DNA of 64,000 nt from assembly GCA_038087875.1 (NCBI GenBank), contig CM075988.1:24244001-24308000 (forward strand). The letters run 5' to 3'. The stretch comes from Malacoraja senta (lineage: Eukaryota). Every line of letters begins with the position of its first letter. The first letter of the stretch is position 1. Made by a program: the position numbers and the translations under genes. Below, piece after piece: positions 12,384-24,137 of the stretch. Below the pieces are notes generated by a model, which was not told the origin of the DNA, made no database searches, and worked only from the letters and a program-made list of their open reading frames with translations.

Positions 12384-13093
12384 CTGAGTCTGAATGTTTT
12401 ATCAAAATATACTCCTTGACCTGAACCACATTTGTGGCAGGTAGCCAGGTCCTCAGATGAACTGGGCAAAAAAATGACCTCTCACTAAGAGATATTATTT
12501 CTTAATATTCAATCTCACTAATATACAATTTAAAATGACCCCCCAAAGTACTGAGCAAAAGGAAGGGAGAAGTTGCTATTTGCATTGGGTTGTCCCATAT
12601 ATTGGAGGCTTTCTTAGATGAGGCTGTACTGATGGCACAGCAGGTTAAATCTTAAGGCAAAATCAAATTGAAAGAATCTGATTGTTCTATCTGATTGGGT
12701 TGTAATATTGTATCTGAACAAACTTTCAGTACACACCAGCAAAACTTTCAAAAACTTTGTAAGACTTGAAAACATTGTTAAGGATTCTCCTAAAGGGTAA
12801 TTAAAGGATCAGTACAATTAAGAGAGTGCCCAATTTCAGGAACATCACAGAATGTCTCTGAGTGTTCAGATGTCAGAAGAATATCTAAGAGGGCAGAAAG
12901 CAAATCCTAAGATGCAATCTCATTAGTTACATCAAAAGCCAAGAAAGTTAAAATTAAATTAAGTAAAATTGAAGAAGAAAAACAGGGTCAAATATTGAGG
13001 CAGTGGAAAGAACATTTAGAGCAGACATTACAAACTTTGTTAATGCAAGATAGATGCTTGAAATACCAGGTCAGACAGCTCCATGTTACATTA

Positions 13094-13404
13094 GGACGGC
13101 ACGGTGGCACAGCGGTAGAGTTGCTGCCGTACAGCGCCAGCAACCTGGGTTCGATCCTGACTGTGGGTGCTGTCTGTGTGGAGTTTGTACGTTCTCTCCA
13201 TGACCACTTGGGCTTTCCTCAAGTGCTCCAGTTTGAAACAGCCCACACTCCAAAGACGTACAGGTTGTAGATTAATCGGCTTCGGTAAAGATTGTAAATT
13301 GTCCCTAGTGTGTAGGATAGTGCTGGTGTACGGAGATCGCTGGTCGGCACGGGCTCGGTGGGCCGAAGGGCCTGTTTCCGCACTGTATCTCTAAACTGAA
13401 CTAA
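13094..13404 (+). mobile_element. V-SINE (HE1-like), full length
   Basis: tggcacagcggtagag A-box, ggttcgatcc B-box, V-domain, tail. Confidence 0.92.
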
Positions 13405-13723
13405 CGAGGAGAGTGATGATGGCACAAGATTATGCATCATGGGTCAAATGGGTTATTCTGACCTCTCTAAATTGGCACTGAAATACAATTGAACAAAATA
13501 TGCATTATATCTTCAATAAAACATGCTCTGCCCATTGGCTAATGTGAGAAGTTTGATAAGCGCACATTTGCTTTAAGAAAAATAAAAAGCCCATTATAGA
13601 AATAAATAACTTGTTTTTAAATTCATGATCTCAACTCAACCCCAGGCACAATCCAGCCAACTAATTACTGAATACGGTCACCGCCGATCCCAGGGAACCG
13701 TAAATGAGTCAGACTTTTACTGT

Positions 13724-13860
13724 TGTTTAAGAAAGAACAGCAGACGCTGGAAAAATCGAAGGTAGACAAAAATGCTGGAGAAACTCAGCGGGTGAGGCAG
13801 CTTCTTCAGACTGGAGGAGAATCACGACCTGAAACGTCACCCATTCCTTCTCAACAAATG
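13724..13860. mobile_element. Penelope-derived short insertion
   Basis: gtttaagaaagaac...gctggagaaactcagcgggtgaggcagc motif. Confidence 0.75.
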
Positions 13861-13909
13861 GTATTTTTTTCCCCAAAAAGGCAGTAAGGAGTAAACCCAG
13901 TAAATAATG

Positions 13910-14505
13910 TATAGATACATAGATACATAGAAAATAGGTGCAGGAGTAGGCCATTCGGCCCTTCGAGCCTGCACCGCCATTCAATATGATCATGGCTGAT
14001 CATCCAACTCTGTATCCCGTACCTGCCTTCTCTCCATACCCCCTGATCCCCTTAGCCACAAGGGCCACATCTAACTCCCTCTTAAATATAGCCAATGAAC
14101 TGGCCTCAACTACCCTCTGTGGCAGAGAGTTCCAGAGATTCACCACTCTCTGTGTGAAAAAGTTTTTCCTCATCTCGGTCCTAAAGGATTTCCCCCTTAT
14201 CCTTAAGCTGTGACCCCTTGTCCTGGACCTCCCCAACATCGGGAACAATCTTCCTGCATCTAGCCTGTCCAACCCCATAAGAATTTTGTACGTTTCTATA
14301 AGATCCCCTCTCAATCTCCTAAATTCTAGCGAGTATAAGCCAAGTCTATCCAGTCTTTCTTCATATGAAAGTCCTGACATCCCAGGAATCAGTCTGGTGA
14401 ACCTTCTCTGTACTCCCTCTATGGCTATAATGTCCTTCCTCAGATTTGGAGACCAAACTGTACGCAAATACTCCAGGTGTGGTCTCACCAAGACCCTGTA
14501 CAACT
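13910..14505 (-). mobile_element. CR1 3' fragment (second subfamily)
   Basis: 167-aa minus-strand frame LVRPHLEY...RTRGHSLRI...VVNLWNSLP; tatgtatc tail. Confidence 0.95.
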
Positions 14506-14549
14506 GTCACTTCAATTGATCCAGACAGTATTAATGGTCAAAAACACAG

Positions 14550-15090
14550 TGAATTGCAGATGTTGGATTACATTTAAAAAAAGACACAAAGTGCTGGAGT
14601 AACTCAGCAGCAACACTTCACATTCCACTTGGGTGGCTATAACGGTATGAATTTTAAATTCTCAATATTTAGGTAACTAACCTACAAACAACCCTTCCCC
14701 CTCTCCCCCCTCACTTCCACATTTTCTCCTCACTTCCCCATGCCCGACCTGGATTCACATTCATTTCTCTCTTTCCCACCCTCCCCTTCCGCCTGTATTC
14801 CTTTTTCTGGCTTCACAACTCACCCGTATTCTACCCATAACTCGCGCTTTTTGTCTTTCATCTCTGGCCTTTGTCCAACCATCTGTCGATGTAAAACTCC
14901 CCTCACCTGTATCCACATATGACTTGCCGGGCTTTGTCCTGGCTGGCCCCACCTGTCTTCCAGCTTTCTCTCCCCTCCCCACCACAGTCAGTCTGAGGGA
15001 ATAACCCGACCCAAAATGTCACCCAAACATGTTGTGCAGAGATGCTGCCTGACCCGCTGAGTTACTCCAGTACTTTGTGTCCTTTTTTTA
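14550..15090 (+). mobile_element. Older Penelope 3' fragment with a short inverted 5' arm
   Basis: Degenerate ORF end (HFTFHLG..GMNFKFS), pyrimidine-rich UTR, degenerate hammerhead region cagtctgaggg...ccaaaatgtcac, inverted arm at 14550-14610. Confidence 0.7.
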
Positions 15091-15403
15091 AATATTAACA
15101 ATCACCCAGATCAGGAATATGTTCAGCGAAAATCATGTGTGACCAATTTAATAGAGTTATTTGACAAGATACCAGATAGAAGACGAAGGTAACAGCAATG
15201 GATGGGGTCCATCCAGAAGTCTTTCAAAAAAATGCCACACAACAAGCTCATCAGCAAAGCATAAAAGGATTGTCTGAAGCAGGGTCTCGACCCGCGACGT
15301 CACCCATTCCCCCTCTCCAGAGATGCTGCCTGTCCCGCTGAGTTACTCCAGCATTTTGTATCTACCAAAGGATTGCGGTGACTGCTTGCTTCTTGGACTA
15401 GAG

Positions 15404-15625
15404 CAAGGGTTCCCAACTTGGGGTAAATTTCCCCCCAGGGGGGTACATTTCGCCTACCCAGGGGGTAAATTTGTTGATTCTGTACATATTTCTTCTCATT
15501 GACTGACTGTGTTTGGTTCTGGTATCTGTTCATCATTAATTGTTCATAAATAAGTGAAATAACATTGTTACTTGCTATTCAAGTTGCCAGGGGGTGAACG
15601 GGACGAAAAAGGTTGGGAACCCCTG
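15404..15625. mobile_element. hAT (Charlie-like) MITE
   Basis: TIR CAAGGGTTCCCAAC / GTTGGGAACCCCTG; 8-bp TSD gactagag at 15396-15403 and 15626-15633. Confidence 0.92.
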
Positions 15626-16154
15626 GACTAGAGTAAGGTGGTGGTGGCGTTCTCAGAGATTAGTGTGAGGGCTATTACTTTTTTCTTGTTTATCCGTTTT
15701 AATAACCTGGACTGCAAGGTAAAAGCCATAATTTGTACATTTGTCGATGTGATAACATGTGGGGGTGATTGTGAACCATAAAGAGGTGGTGATATATGAA
15801 GCAAGATATACTGTATATAAACAGGCATATGAAGAATAATGCAGTGAAACGCCAGGTGATGCATTTTGGTCGGGTGAATGAAGAGCAGTAATATAGTATG
15901 AAGGATACTATTTTAAGAGGTGTACGAGAGCTAATAGTCCTGGGGCAGTGTGTGTACAATGGCAAGGCAGGTCAAGAAATGAACATGGTTAATATTGCAT
16001 GCCCAATTCTGGGCTATATCAGTAGAGGCACAGGCATCATGGTGCTGCAGCAGTTAAGTTGCTACCTTACAGCCCTTACAGCACCAGAGATCCTGGCTAT
16101 TTGTGCTTGTCTGTATGGAGTTTGTATGTTTGTATGTATACTTCAAATCGGCTG

Positions 16155-16448
16155 TTTAAAAAAGAACTGCAGATGCTGGAAACATCGAAGGTAGACAAAA
16201 ATGTTGGAGAAACTCAGCGGGTGAGGCAGCATCTATGGAGCAATGGAATAGGTGACGTTTCGGGTCGAGACCCATCTTCAGACTGATGTGGGGGTGGGGG
16301 GGGGGGCGGGAAGAAGAAAGGAAGAGGCGGAGACAGTGGGCTGAGGGAGAGCTGGGAAGGGGAGGGGAAGGAGGGAGAAAACAAGGACTACCTGAAATTG
16401 GAGAAGTCAATGTTCATACCGCTGGGGTGTAAACTACCCAAGCGAAAT
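16155..16448 (-). mobile_element. Penelope 3' end including the last codons of the ORF
   Basis: Minus strand reads FRLGSLHPSGMNIDFSNF, matching the C-terminus of the ORF at 55441; 12-bp TSD aaatcggctgtt at 16145-16156 and 16449-16460. Confidence 0.9.
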
Positions 16449-16949
16449 AAATCGGCTGTTCTGATTAAGAGAAAAGTTGTGCCTAATTACTCTAGTTTAA
16501 GGATCGATCTCTGTCTCAGATTTAGTTGCAGTTATAATTTAGCATTTAACTCAACTTTGACTTTCACATTTATAATGTTATAGAGTGCTAAACAAGCTCC
16601 TGATAGCAGTAGTCTCGTAGCTAATTGGGTAGCTAGGTATAATTGGTTCTCTGCTAATTATAAAGGAAGCAGAACACTTTAAGTACATGGTGGGTCAAGC
16701 AGCATCAGTGGAAGCAGTTAATTGGTACTGGGCCACTTCAGTCTTTGCTTAAACATGCATGAAAAGTTGAATTCCAGAGGTGATTATGAGACGTTTGTCC
16801 TTGACACCAAGATACAGTATAATTTGACTGTGCAGCACAAAGAGCCCGAATAAAACTGAAACCAATAGACAACAAAGAGAAAAGCACTCTAATGTTTGGA
16901 GTTGTACTTCACACAATTGAAGATGTTATTGCAGCCTGGATAACCACCA

Positions 16950-17260
16950 GTGGGAGAGTCCAGGACTAGACGTCATAGCCTCAGAATTAATGGACTTTTT
17001 TTTAGGAAGGAGATGAGGAGGAATTTCTTTAGTCAGAAAGTGGTCAATCTGTGGCATTCTTTGCCACAGATGGCGATGGAGGCAAATTCAATGGATATAT
17101 GTAAGGCAGAGATAGATAGTTTCTTGATTAGTACGGGTGTCAGAAGTTATGGGGAGAAGGCAGGAGAATGGGGTTAGGAGGGAGAGATAGATCAGCCATG
17201 ATTGAATGGTGGAGTACACTTGATGGGCCGAATGACCTAATTCTACTCCTATCACTTATG
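16950..17260 (+). mobile_element. CR1 3' fragment (third subfamily)
   Basis: GESRTRRHSLRI...VVNLWHSLP; gatgggccgaatg stem-loop. Confidence 0.9.
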
Positions 17261-17669
17261 TTGACCTTATAATCCCTGCATGTCCTCCTCAAGGCACTGT
17301 CTGGGGCTCAACCATCTTCCACTGTTTCATTACCGTTGTTCCTTGCATCAGATGATCAGAAGTGCGGATGTTCACTGATGATTGCACAATGTTCAATTCC
17401 ATTTGCATCTCCACCATCAAATGAAGCCATATGCCTGTCGCCAGCAAGACCTAGACGGCATTTAGGCTTCAACTGATGAGTGGCAAGAAACATTCCAGTC
17501 ACAGAAATACCATGGTATGACCATTTCTAACAAAGGAAGTCTTCCTCCCTATCCCTGACATTCGTTGGCATGACCACGGCCAAGTCCCTCACCGTCAATA
17601 TCCGGGCGTCACCTGCGACCAGAATCTCAATTGCACCAGCCAAATCATTCCTGTTGCTACAAGATCGGG

Positions 17670-18162
17670 ATGTGTTCAAGAGAGATTTCGATTTAGCTCT
17701 TCGGGGTAACGGAATCAAGGAATATGGGGAGAAAACAGGAACAGGGTACTGATTCTGGATGATCAGCCATGATCATATTGAATCGCGGTGCTGGCTCGAA
17801 GGGCCGAATGGCCTACTCCTGCACCGATTTTCCATGTTTCTATGTTTAAGAGTGGGGTTTGTGGGGGAGTGCATCTAAACAACTCTCAAGAAAATTGATA
17901 GCATTCAGGACAAAGCAGCTCATTGAGTGGCACCCCAGCAAATCTCTTGCACCTCTGCCACAGAGGGTAGTTGAGGCCAGTTCATTGGCTTTATTTAAGA
18001 GGGAGTTAGATGTGGCCCTTGTGGCTAAAGGGATCAGGGGGTATGGAGAGAAGGCAGGTACGGGATACTGAGTTGGATGATCAGCCATGATCATATTGAA
18101 TGGCGGTGCAGGCTCGAAGGGCCGAATGGCCTACTCCTGCACCTATTTTCTATGTATCTATG
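17670..18162 (+). mobile_element. Two short CR1 3' ends
   Basis: FKRD/ELD...GYGEK motifs and 3' UTRs at ~17670-17845 and ~17953-18162. Confidence 0.85.
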
Positions 18163-18869
18163 TACCTCTGGTGGCCACCATCGTTAAATGCACTGGTAAT
18201 GACTCTACGATGGTCTGAAATCACCCTCCACCACGAGGAACATCTTACAGATGCATGGAAACACCATTATCTGGAGATTCTCCTCATTGTATCATACCAT
18301 CCCAACTTAGACATAAATTGCCATTCCTTCATCCACACTTGGCCAAATTTCTGGAAGTCTCTCCCCACAGTGCTGTGGGAGGACCTTCACCAGAAGGACA
18401 GCGGTGGTTCAAGCAGGAGACTGGCTGCTCTCTCCTCAAGGGGAATCAGGATTAGGCGACAAATTCTGGCCTCTCCTGAGATGCCCAGATCTTGAGAAAT
18501 AAATTAAAAAATGCATTGTTTTTTTTAATGCCGTTTTGACCACCCTATCTACCTGTGACACCACTTTCAAGGAACCACGTACCTGCACTCCTAGATCCAT
18601 CTGCTCCACAATACCCTATCATTCACCGTGTAGGTCCTGCTCATGTTAGACCTCCCAAAATACAACACCTCACAGTTTTATGTGTAAAATTCCATCAACC
18701 ATTCCTCAGCCCACCTGCCCAACCGATCAAGATCCTGCTGCAACTATTAACAACCATCTTCACTATCTACAATACCACCCACCTTTGTGTCATCTGCAAC
18801 TTTGCTAATCGTGCCACATATGTTCTCATCCAAATCATTAATATAGATGACAAACAGCTTGGGGAGACC

Positions 18870-19256
18870 AAACATATAAGAATGTTAAGGGCTTGGACAC
18901 GCTAGAGGCAGGAAACATGTTCCCGATGTCGGGGGAGTCCAGAACCAGGGGCCACAGTTTAAGAATAAGGGGTAAGCCATTTAGAACGGAGACGAGGAAA
19001 CACTTTTTCTCACAGAGAGTTGTGAGTCTGTGGAATTCTCTGCCTCAGAGGGTGGTGGAGGCAGGTTCTCTGGATGCTTTCAAGAGGGAGCTAGATAGGG
19101 CTCTTAAAAATAGCGGAGTCAGGGGATATGGGGAGAAGGCAGGAACGGGGTACTGATTGGGGATGATCAGCCATGATCACATTGAATGGCAGTGCTGGCT
19201 CAAAGGGCCGAATGGCCTACTCCTGCACCTATTGTCTATTGTCTATTGTCTATTGT
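18870..19256 (+). mobile_element. CR1 3' fragment (young subfamily)
   Basis: LDTLEAGNMFP...GYGEKAGTGY; (tattgtc)n tail. Confidence 0.95.
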
Positions 19257-20319
19257 CAAAGCAAAGGAATATGCAATAAATAGGATAGCGAGATGTGTGG
19301 TGGAACAAGTGTGTTTTGGAGCCTACATGTTACAGATCCTTAAACTGAGCCAAATGGACGAAGTAGTTGAAGACATACAAGTTCCTTCAATAGTGTAGGC
19401 ATTGAATATAAGAACAAGGAAATTTGGCTAGAACTGTATGCCACGCTAGTGAGATCATCGGTTGAGAACATGTTCACTCTGGTAAGCATATTACAGAAGT
19501 GATGGATTACTCCAGGGAGGTTGTGAGTGAGATTCCATTGTCAGCAATGGAAAAGTTTAGCTAGGAAGGAAAGATTGTTTGCCTTGGACTATTTTCTTTG
19601 GATCACAAGGTGGTAAAAGAGACTTAAATGTGGTGCATACTACAGCGCCTCGATAGAGCATATTTAGTCACTCATTTATCTGCTATTTATGCTGCCAGAA
19701 ATCTAATTTTCTAAGAAAATTAAACAATTTCTTTTTTTTCTTCCAAAAAATGCCTTCCAAAGTGAAATTTCAGCTGAACCTGGTGAAATGTCATTAGAAT
19801 ATCCGAACACGGTGAATAGATTGCACTGCTTTTTTGACATTTGGAATTAAGTGATTTCAATTTAAATGGTAGCCTGGCCCCGGCTAGGCAAAGCATAGAA
19901 GTCGAAGCATAGCCGACAAGATTGTTTTGCTGTCATGAAATAGGCTCAAAGAATGAATTTTATTTTAAATGTTCTGCAAAATAAGTGTGAAAAAGACATG
20001 TTCAGTTTATTTATGTTCATACATTTCGGGCAATGTAGTTATCGGCTGATTAGTAGCAACAACCTCTTTGAAGATTTCATGCTTCGTGTGATGGCGACTG
20101 TAGTCATTCATTTGACAGTTTTCGCATTAAAGTGTAGAAGTGCGGTGTAAAACATTGTTATTTAAAAGAGGGGAGGATATGATGTATAGTCCAGCTATTT
20201 ATTTTGTGGTTTGTGCATAGATTACCACTTCGTGACGTGGAGTAATATTCTTTTGCCGTATTCATGCAGCAGGCACTTTCCCATTCCCCATGGATACTGA
20301 ATGGGTGAGAGTGTCCTGC

Positions 20320-20986
20320 AGTTTAGTTTGGTTTAGTTTAGAGATACAGTACGGATACAGGCCCTTCAGCCCACTGAGTCGGCGCCGACCGACGATCCTA
20401 GCTCTATCCTACATACACTAGGGACATTTTACAGGAGCCAATGAACACAATTAGCAGAAGCCAATCAACCGGCCGGCCACGGTGGCACAGCGGTAGAGTT
20501 GCTGCCTTACAGCGAATGCAGCGCCGGAGACCCGGGTTCGATCCTGACTACGGGTGCTGTCTGTACGGAGTTTGTACGTTCTCCCCGTGACCGAGTGGGT
20601 TTTCTCCGAGACCTTCAGTTTCCTCTCACACTCCAAAGGTATGTAAATTAATTGGCTTGGTCTTACATACCAAAGGTATGTAAATTAATTGGCTTGGTGT
20701 ATGCGTAAATTGTCCCTAGTGTGTGTAGGATAGTGTTAATGTGTGGGGATTGCTGGTCGGTGCAGACTCGATGGGCCAAAGGGCCTGTTTTCGCTTTGTA
20801 TCTCTAATCTAAACCAACAAACCTAAACAAAACTATATGAGAGGAATCCGGAGCACCCAAAGAAAACCCATGCAGGTCTCGGAGAGAACGTACAAACTCA
20901 GTACAGACAGTACCCAGTGTCAGGATCGAACCCAGGTCTCCGGAGCTGTAAGGCGGCAACTCTACCGCTGCGCCACCGTGCCACCC
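20320..20986. mobile_element. V-SINE (+, ~20471-20815) nested inside a V-SINE (-)
   Basis: Minus SINE tail at 20320-20460 and head at 20840-20986 enclose a full plus-strand SINE with an internal ~29-bp duplication. Confidence 0.85.
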
Positions 20987-22615
20987 TGTAGTTGTATGTT
21001 TTCTATGATTCGTTGAATAAAGACTTTAAGCGATTATTTGACCAGTTTCCCCCTTCCTATTCTGACTCACCTGAATTTAAAAGCTACATTTTAAGTGTGT
21101 GATGTACAGCCTCCCTTTGTGCCCTTGAGGTGTCATCACGTCTTTGAGCGGCATATTTGGTAACACACTGTACACAACATCTCTGCAACTCGTTGTTTCT
21201 TCTTAAGAGTATAAAAGTAGAACTTGACCCAATCAAATCATGACTCCAAAGGATAGTGTTCGTGTGCAGGCATTGCTAGTCAGTACGGACTCGGTGGGCC
21301 GAAGGGCCTGTTTCCGCATTGTATCTCTAAACTAAACTAAGAATGACATATTTTTGGCTGAAATCTTTCTGATATGCATTTGTTTTAGATTCCCCACACA
21401 TTTATCCAATATTCCTATTAAACGTGCTTTGATAAAGCCTTCTGTGCTGCAAAAATCACAGCTTAAAGAAGCCTCCCCTAACCTCTCTGTTCTCATTCCC
21501 AGTCTGATGTCGTGGACACAGCTTGCCTATTCACCCTTCATAATGTTATTAAACCTGACTAAATCTCCTCTTGGCTATTTTTGTTTTAATGTACAGTCCC
21601 GATTCCGCAAGCCTACCTTCAACATTTTAATTGCACCCATTGAAATTTTATTTTCTCAGCGCCAACGTTAAAGAGATTTTAGGTTTTTTTTCCAAGCAAT
21701 TTTAACTTTGCTTGAAGATGTAACTGAATTATTAATTTGCAGAGATTGGCTGCTGTCCATGTCAGCCTACGCAAGCCGTAGTCATACATTTTAGCTCCAA
21801 ATTAATGTTTATTAATGATTATATAACTTGGCAAACACACAGTGCTTTCGGACGGGAATCATCTGATAGCTGAGAAAGTAGCAGGGTGGTGGCTAACAGC
21901 TGAGTGAGAAGCTACAAATGGTTCAGGGAGGAGGTAAGGGAAGATGGTCAGAGGCCAAATGCCAATTCACCACAAAGATCAGCTTGCTTTCATAAAGTGC
22001 CATTCAAATAAGAAATCATTCCAAGAGACGCACTAACAAAAGAAGGGCCCGGAGCCAAAGGAAGAGGAAATGGACCATTAAAAGCTAAGTGAACCCTTAG
22101 GATTTATGAATGGTAGAATGATGCAGGAGCTTACAGAGTGAATATCGGAATGTGGAGCCTGGGAAGATGAAAGCACAACCACCAATGATTCAGCAAACAG
22201 AAAAGGCAATGATCAGAGTACAGGAATGGGAGGAACCTATGCCTCAAAACCCCAGTGCATCTTAAATGTAAACTAGAATGGTAACATCTCAGCGGTGGCC
22301 CCACGGCACCAAATTTCAGTTGTGATTGAGGTCCAAGACCATTGGAGTTGCCAATCTCCCACCGTCAGAGGCCAGCCCCATGGGCATTGGGACTCATTGG
22401 TCATGGTTGGAGTAGAGGCAGGGCAGAGCAACGGAGCCCAAGGTTTCGTTGGTTGGAGGAAGTGAGTGGGAGTTGCGAGTGGTAAAGGAAGTTCAATGTG
22501 TAGGAAGGAACTGCAGATGCTGGTTTGAACCGAAGATAGACACAAAATGCTGGAGTAACTCAGCGGGACAGGCGGCATCTCTGCACCTATTTTCTATGTT
22601 TATATGACTGTTGGC

Positions 22616-22668
22616 GGGGTCAAGGAAAGAGCGTTCATGTCGCGGCCCCTGTTTCCACCAATCTTTCC
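22616..22668 (+). ncRNA. Minimal HDV-like (CPEB3-like) ribozyme
   Basis: P1 GGGGTC/GGCCCC(T), P2 GGAAAGA/TCTTTCC, P3 GCG/CGC, L3 TTCATGT, J4/2 ACCAA, in the canonical nested double-pseudoknot order. Confidence 0.8.
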
Positions 22669-22795
22669 ACCACCACGCACAAGAAGACACAAGAAGCGAC
22701 AAGACAGACACCATTGTGTGCAGATGCCGAGAAGTGTGCTCAGCTCTGGCTGAACAACTTCTAATCTTGTGTGTGGTGGACTCGATAAGAAGAAG
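22616..22795 (+). mobile_element. Ribozyme-headed short retroposon, family B
   Basis: 12-bp TSD atgactgttggc at 22604-22615 and 22796-22807; HDV-like fold at the 5' end; ends gataagaagaag. Confidence 0.9.
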
Positions 22796-22877
22796 ATGAC
22801 TGTTGGCAGATCAATTTCCCTCCTGGGATAAATAAAGTTCTATCGTACTGTCTCGTACCATATCGTATGATAGGTTT

Positions 22878-22999
22878 GGGGTGAGAGATTGCAACCTGTT
22901 TCGACGAATGCAATCAACGCGACGTGCACAAACAAATAGATCAAATAGAACAAGTTGACCCACAACTTTAGGCTGTGCACGCCATACGCAAGAAGAAGA
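22878..22999 (+). mobile_element. Ribozyme-headed short retroposon, family A (internally deleted copy)
   Basis: Homologous to the reverse complement of 32223-32366; 16-nt deletion in the ribozyme core; imperfect TSD gtatg(a/g)tagg. Confidence 0.85.
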
Positions 23000-23524
23000 G
23001 GATGTATGGTAGGCACAGGACTGAGTTTGTGATATGCGGAGGTGCCTGAGGAGTTATATGGCCCACTTCTGTTTCTAATACAAAACGGTATCAATACAAA
23101 GTGCCACCAACCATATTAACAAACATAAATTATAGTTGTAGCTTTGGAGATGGCATTGTCTGATTTCTTTCTTTCATTCAGAGTTGCTCTGTTGCCATTC
23201 TCAATGTACACGCTGATGGCAAATTAATGCGTTGTTCAGCCAGGGCACGTCAGCTCCCAAATCTCCTCATGCATAAACTTAATAATTCCGTTTCAAAGGA
23301 AGCACGAACAAACCTATTGAAAGAGCTATTTGTTCAAGGCATGAGGAAGAAAAACTGGACGCACACAAAAATCATAACAGCTACAGTGTCAGGTGTGAGG
23401 ATGGATATAACATGAAATTGAAACAGGAGTAGGTCATTTAGTCACTCATGTGTGCTCTGCCGTTCGATAAGATTCTAGCTGGTATTTTACCTTAGCGTTA
23501 CTTTCGTGAGAAAGACACACATTA

Positions 23525-23708
23525 AAGTTGCGGAAAGGCCTAATGAACCACCGTGGCCTAAATATCCATCAGGCGAGAATGAAATGCTCGGAGAAGGAGA
23601 AAGAGGTGCAGAGCACAGGCCTTGAACCTGGTGAGACGCAGGAGGAGCCCGGCCAGGACTCACCCCACAGAGCCCAATCCCTCCACGCACTAGAGTCTCC
23701 CAACCCCT
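23525..23708 (+). mobile_element. N-terminal zinc-finger fragment of a HERO/R2-like non-LTR element
   Basis: CGK..(frameshift)..NHRGLNIHQARMKC...TGLEPGETQEEPGQDSPHRAQSLH resembles fish HERO-type N-termini as recalled. Confidence 0.55.
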
Positions 23709-23980
23709 GCCATTTAGAACGGAGACGAGGAAACACTTTTTCTCACAGATAGTGGTGAGTCTGTGGAATTCTCTGCCTCAGAGGGCGGTGGAGGCAGGTT
23801 CTCTGGAAACTTTCAAGAGAGAGCTAGATAGGGCTCTAAAATATAGCGGATTCAGGGGATATGGGGAGAAGGCAGGAACGGGGGTACTGATTGGGGATGA
23901 TCAGCCATGATCACATTGAATGGAGGTGCTGGCTTGAAGGGCCAAATGGCCTACTCCTGCACCTATTGTCTATTGTCTAT
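23709..23980 (+). mobile_element. CR1 3' fragment
   Basis: PFRTETRKHFFSQ...; (tattgtc)n tail. Confidence 0.9.
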
Positions 23981-24137
23981 TGGAGTGTGGGAGGAAACCA
24001 AAGATCCCGGGGAAAACCCACACAGACCACGGGGAGAACGTACAAACTCCTTACAGACACGCACCCATAGTCAGGATTGAACCCAGGTCTCTGGCTCCAT
24101 AAGGCAGCAACGCTACCGCTGCGCCACCTTGCTGCCC
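23981..24137 (-). mobile_element. V-SINE 5' half
   Basis: ggagtgtgggaggaaacc...ctaccgctgcgccac. Confidence 0.85.

Noticed and set aside
13094..13170. tRNA gene
   Set aside because: A/B boxes belong to V-SINE heads; no complete cloverleaf, and the V-domain follows.
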